Source: Sphingomonadales bacterium (GTDB taxonomy: Bacteria; Pseudomonadota; Alphaproteobacteria; Sphingomonadales; Sphingomonadaceae). From it: a stretch of 64,000 nucleotides of DNA. The notes beneath the pieces are model-generated. The model was not told the origin of the DNA, did not search any database, and was given only the letters and a program-made list of their open reading frames with translations. The stretch spans positions 234 through 64,233 of the forward strand of contig JANNWO010000074.1 of the NCBI GenBank assembly GCA_031408395.1, given 5' to 3'. A program made the translations under genes and the position numbers. This document shows, piece after piece, positions 61,742 through 64,000 of the stretch; positions within the stretch are counted from its first letter, which is position 1, and each line of letters starts with the position of its first letter.

Positions 61742-62605
61742 CTATCGCGCGGGCCCCACCGCCATGTTGTCGATCAGCCGCGTGCCGCCGATGCGGGCGG
61801 CTACGAGCAGCCGGGCAGGATCGGGCCCGAGCGCGGCCAGTGGCGCGAGCGAGCGACTGTCGGCGAGCGCGGCGTAATCGACGCCCGTAAAGCCTGCGCC
61901 GACGATCTCGGCCTCCAAGGCGGCGAGCGTCATCGCCACCTCGTCCCCGCCCTCGATCTTGGCGATTGCGGCTTGCATCGCGCGCGGCAAGGCGGCGGCC
62001 GCCGCGCGCTGGTCGGGCGAGAGGTAGCGATTGCGGCTGCTCAGCGCGAGCCCGTCCGCCTCGCGCACTGTCGGCACGCCGATGATCGCATCGACATGCG
62101 GCCGGGTGAGGTCGAGATCGCGCGCCATCGCCCGGATCACGGCGAGCTGCTGGAAGTCCTTCTCGCCGAAGAACGCCATGTCGGGAGCGACTTGGTTGAA
62201 GAGCTTGCACACCACCGTTGCCACGCCGTCGAAATGACCGGGACGCTCCGCGCCGCACAGCCCGTCGCTGACGCCGGCGACGCCGATATTGGTTGCGAAG
62301 CCCGCAGAATACATCGCTTCAAGCGTGGGCGCCCATAGCAGGGCCACGCCTTCGGCTTCGAGCATCGCGGCATCGGCGGTAAGCTGGCGCGGGTAGGCGT
62401 CCAGATCCTCGCCTGCGCCGAATTGCTTGGGATTGACGAAGATCGAGGCGACCACGTGATCGGCCTCCGCAGCCGCGCGGCGCACCAGTGTCAGGTGTCC
62501 CTCGTGCAGCGCGCCCATTGTCGGCACCAGAGCGATCCGCGCGCCGCCCGACCGCAGCTGTGCCAAAGCGGTTCTCAACATATAGAGAGTGTTAACCGTT
62601 TGCAC
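61742..62605 (-). CDS. panC: Pantoate-beta-alanine ligase
   Basis: In-frame GTG at 62605 gives VQTVNTLYMLRTALAQLRSGGARIALVPTMGALHEGH. The remaining upstream part of the 585-aa track ORF is antisense to mipZ. Confidence 0.88.
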   Translation of the reverse strand: MQTVNTLYMLRTALAQLRSGGARIALVPTMGALHEGHLTLVRRAAAEADHVVASIFVNPKQFGAGEDLDAYPRQLTADAAMLEAEGVALLWAPTLEAMYSAGFATNIGVAGVSDGLCGAERPGHFDGVATVVCKLFNQVAPDMAFFGEKDFQQLAVIRAMARDLDLTRPHVDAIIGVPTVREADGLALSSRNRYLSPDQRAAAAALPRAMQAAIAKIEGGDEVAMTLAALEAEIVGAGFTGVDYAALADSRSLAPLAALGPDPARLLVAARIGGTRLIDNMAVGPAR

Positions 62606-62722
62606 CGTCAGGCCTCCGCAGATAAACGCAAGAGCACGCCCTAGCGGCGCTCGCTGTTCCATGACAAGCCGCCGGGGTGCCGGCCAGCTTCGCACCCACC
62701 GAGTCCAACCGAGAGACCCGCC

Positions 62723-63586
62723 ATGTCGCCCGCCTCGCGCGTCCAACTTTCCGAACCCCTGATGGCCGGCCGGCGTCTGCGCAAGGGTCAGGCGCACCGG
62801 ATCGTCTTCGCCAACGAGAAGGGCGGCACCGGCAAGTCGACCACCGCGGTCCACGTCGCCGTGGCGCTGTCCTACCTCGGCGCGCGCGTTGCTTCGATCG
62901 ACCTCGATCCCCGCCAGCGCACCATGCACCGCTATATCGAGAATCGGTTGGGGACGCTCGAAAAGCGCGGACTCACTCTGCCGACGCCCGATTGCGAAGT
63001 GTTCCGCGGCGAGAGAACCGGCGACCTTCTCGGCATGATCCGCCGGCTTGAGGCGAACTGCGATTTCCTGATCATCGACAACCCGGGGCGCGACGATCCT
63101 TTCGCGCGTATTGCGGTCGAACATGCCGATACCCTGGTGACGCCGATGAACGACAGCTTCGTCGACTTCGACCTCATCGGCCAGGTCGATGCCGAGACCT
63201 TCAAGGTCCGCAAGCTGTCGTTTTTCGCCGAGCTGATCTGGGAGGCGCGGATCAAGCGAAGCCGCGTCACGCTCGAGCAGCAGCGCCCGGAGATGGACTG
63301 GATCGTCGTGCGCAACCGCACCGGCCACGTCGAGGCGCGCAACCAGGCACGGCTTCACAAGGCCTTGGCCGAGATGGCCAAGCGGGTCGGGTTCCGGGTC
63401 ACGCAGGGCCTGTCGGAGCGCGTCATCTACCGCGAACTGTTCCCCTCGGGCCTGACGCTGCTCGACAAAGGCCAACTGGGCGAGCTTGGCACCAGCCACC
63501 TTGTCGCCCGGCAGGAATTGCGTGCACTGATCAAGGCGCTGAGCCTGCCGGAGTTCAGCCGCGAGGGTGAGCTGGAGCTGACATGA
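62723..63586 (+). CDS. mipZ: ParA-like division-site positioning ATPase MipZ
   Basis: Deviant Walker A NEKGGTGKSTTAVHVAVAL and IDLDPRQRT closely parallel Caulobacter MipZ. ATG at 62723 follows GAGAGA (alternative at 62762). Confidence 0.82.
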   Translation: MSPASRVQLSEPLMAGRRLRKGQAHRIVFANEKGGTGKSTTAVHVAVALSYLGARVASIDLDPRQRTMHRYIENRLGTLEKRGLTLPTPDCEVFRGERTGDLLGMIRRLEANCDFLIIDNPGRDDPFARIAVEHADTLVTPMNDSFVDFDLIGQVDAETFKVRKLSFFAELIWEARIKRSRVTLEQQRPEMDWIVVRNRTGHVEARNQARLHKALAEMAKRVGFRVTQGLSERVIYRELFPSGLTLLDKGQLGELGTSHLVARQELRALIKALSLPEFSREGELELT

Positions 63587-63882
63587 AATTTATCCTGCTC
63601 ATCGCGGTGGCGTGTCTGTTCTGCCGCTGGGCCTTCGGTAAGTGGCCGTGGGAGTTCCTGAACGCGACGCCGACCCGCCAGCAGGCCAAGTTCCGGGCGC
63701 GCACGCTGCTCGGGGTCGAGGCAGGGGCCGGGCGTGACGAGATCATCGCCGCGCACCGCCGCCTGACCACGCTCGTTCACCCCGACCGCGGTGGCTCGAC
63801 CAGCGCGATGCAGGAGGCCAATGCGGCGCGCGACCTGCTGCTCGATGAGCTACCTTCCGGACGGGACGGGATCGGCAACTAG
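63583..63882 (+). CDS. Small membrane-anchored J-domain protein
   Basis: N-terminal TM helix FILLIAVACLF, then a J-domain with HPDRGG. ATGA overlap with mipZ. Confidence 0.75.
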   Translation: MKFILLIAVACLFCRWAFGKWPWEFLNATPTRQQAKFRARTLLGVEAGAGRDEIIAAHRRLTTLVHPDRGGSTSAMQEANAARDLLLDELPSGRDGIGN

Positions 63883-64000
63883 GCTCTGCGCGGCTTAACA
63901 GCGGCATTGACAGGCGCGCGCGTCACAGGTTTCTCGCACAACGTGGCAAGACGGCGCAAACGCCCGGGAGATGTCCCGCTTGGCGGGGAAGATCCGGGGC

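Noticed and set aside
61742-63499. 585-aa ORF suggesting a large fusion protein ending in PanC
   Set aside because: Only the last 287 codons (from GTG 62605) resemble PanC. The upstream 298 codons are antisense to the well-supported mipZ gene and are low-complexity.

Overview
High-GC alphaproteobacterial chromosome. It is very probably Sphingomonadales, because a serine palmitoyltransferase gene sits next to a dedicated acyl carrier protein gene. All function calls come from reading the translated ORFs for motifs and from gene order; no database search was possible.

Contents, left to right:
1. 1-8.0 kb, minus strand: an RcGTA-like gene transfer agent (GTA) head-tail cluster. It runs small terminase-like g1, TerL, portal, g3.5-like, HK97 prohead protease, HK97 capsid, connector, a short ORF in the g7 slot, DUF3168, major tail, two chaperone-like ORFs and a short tape measure. 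Almost every junction is a 1-4 nt start/stop overlap, plus two slightly longer start overlaps (8 and 11 nt); there are spacers at 6120-6185 (TerL/portal), around the capsid gene and of 12 nt at DUF3168/major tail. A further partial gene follows at the left edge.
2. 8.1-19.6 kb: housekeeping genes. These are spt-ACP, a Pycsar-effector-like (DUF5706) membrane protein, divK, a DUF3572-HAD-RidA-GDPD-GNAT operon, dksA, a PilZ protein, an orphan ABC substrate-binding protein and kynA-kynU.
3. 19.6-43.5 kb: a 27-gene redox and lipid-oxidation island. It holds 3 cytochrome P450s, 4 SDRs, 2 acyl-CoA dehydrogenases, a thiolase-like plus DUF35 pair, 2 ThuA-like proteins, 2 MDR enone-reductase-like proteins, a cytoplasmic molybdopterin oxidoreductase with its own mobA, a KstD-like flavoprotein, and many small NTF2, ABM and CMD proteins. 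I recognise no regulator, transporter, CoA ligase, hydratase or P450 redox partner in it. This is the best candidate here for an uncharacterised pathway.
4. 43.5-64 kb: a lipoprotein, MarC, DUF475, YciI, putA, an EEP nuclease/phosphatase, dcd, an orphan gene with atypical composition, a saccharopine-dehydrogenase-like protein, a TonB-dependent receptor, tRNA-Gly(GCC), a thioredoxin-TPR protein, a LON N-domain protein, two divergent HWE/HisKA_2 histidine kinases, tRNA-Gly(UCC), panC, mipZ and a J-domain protein.

Non-coding signals:
- An intrinsic terminator lies inside the GTA leader.
- An AT-rich perfect palindrome lies just upstream of that terminator.
- Twin 13-bp stem-loops follow the capsid gene.
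- A REP/MITE-like nested palindrome lies at 37.7 kb.
- A 26-nt perfect palindrome and four roughly 10.5-bp tandem repeats lie at 35.1 kb. The palindrome's core inverted repeat recurs upstream of putA.

I saw no CRISPR array, IS element, integrase or rRNA. The many long ORFs antisense to these genes are high-GC artefacts.
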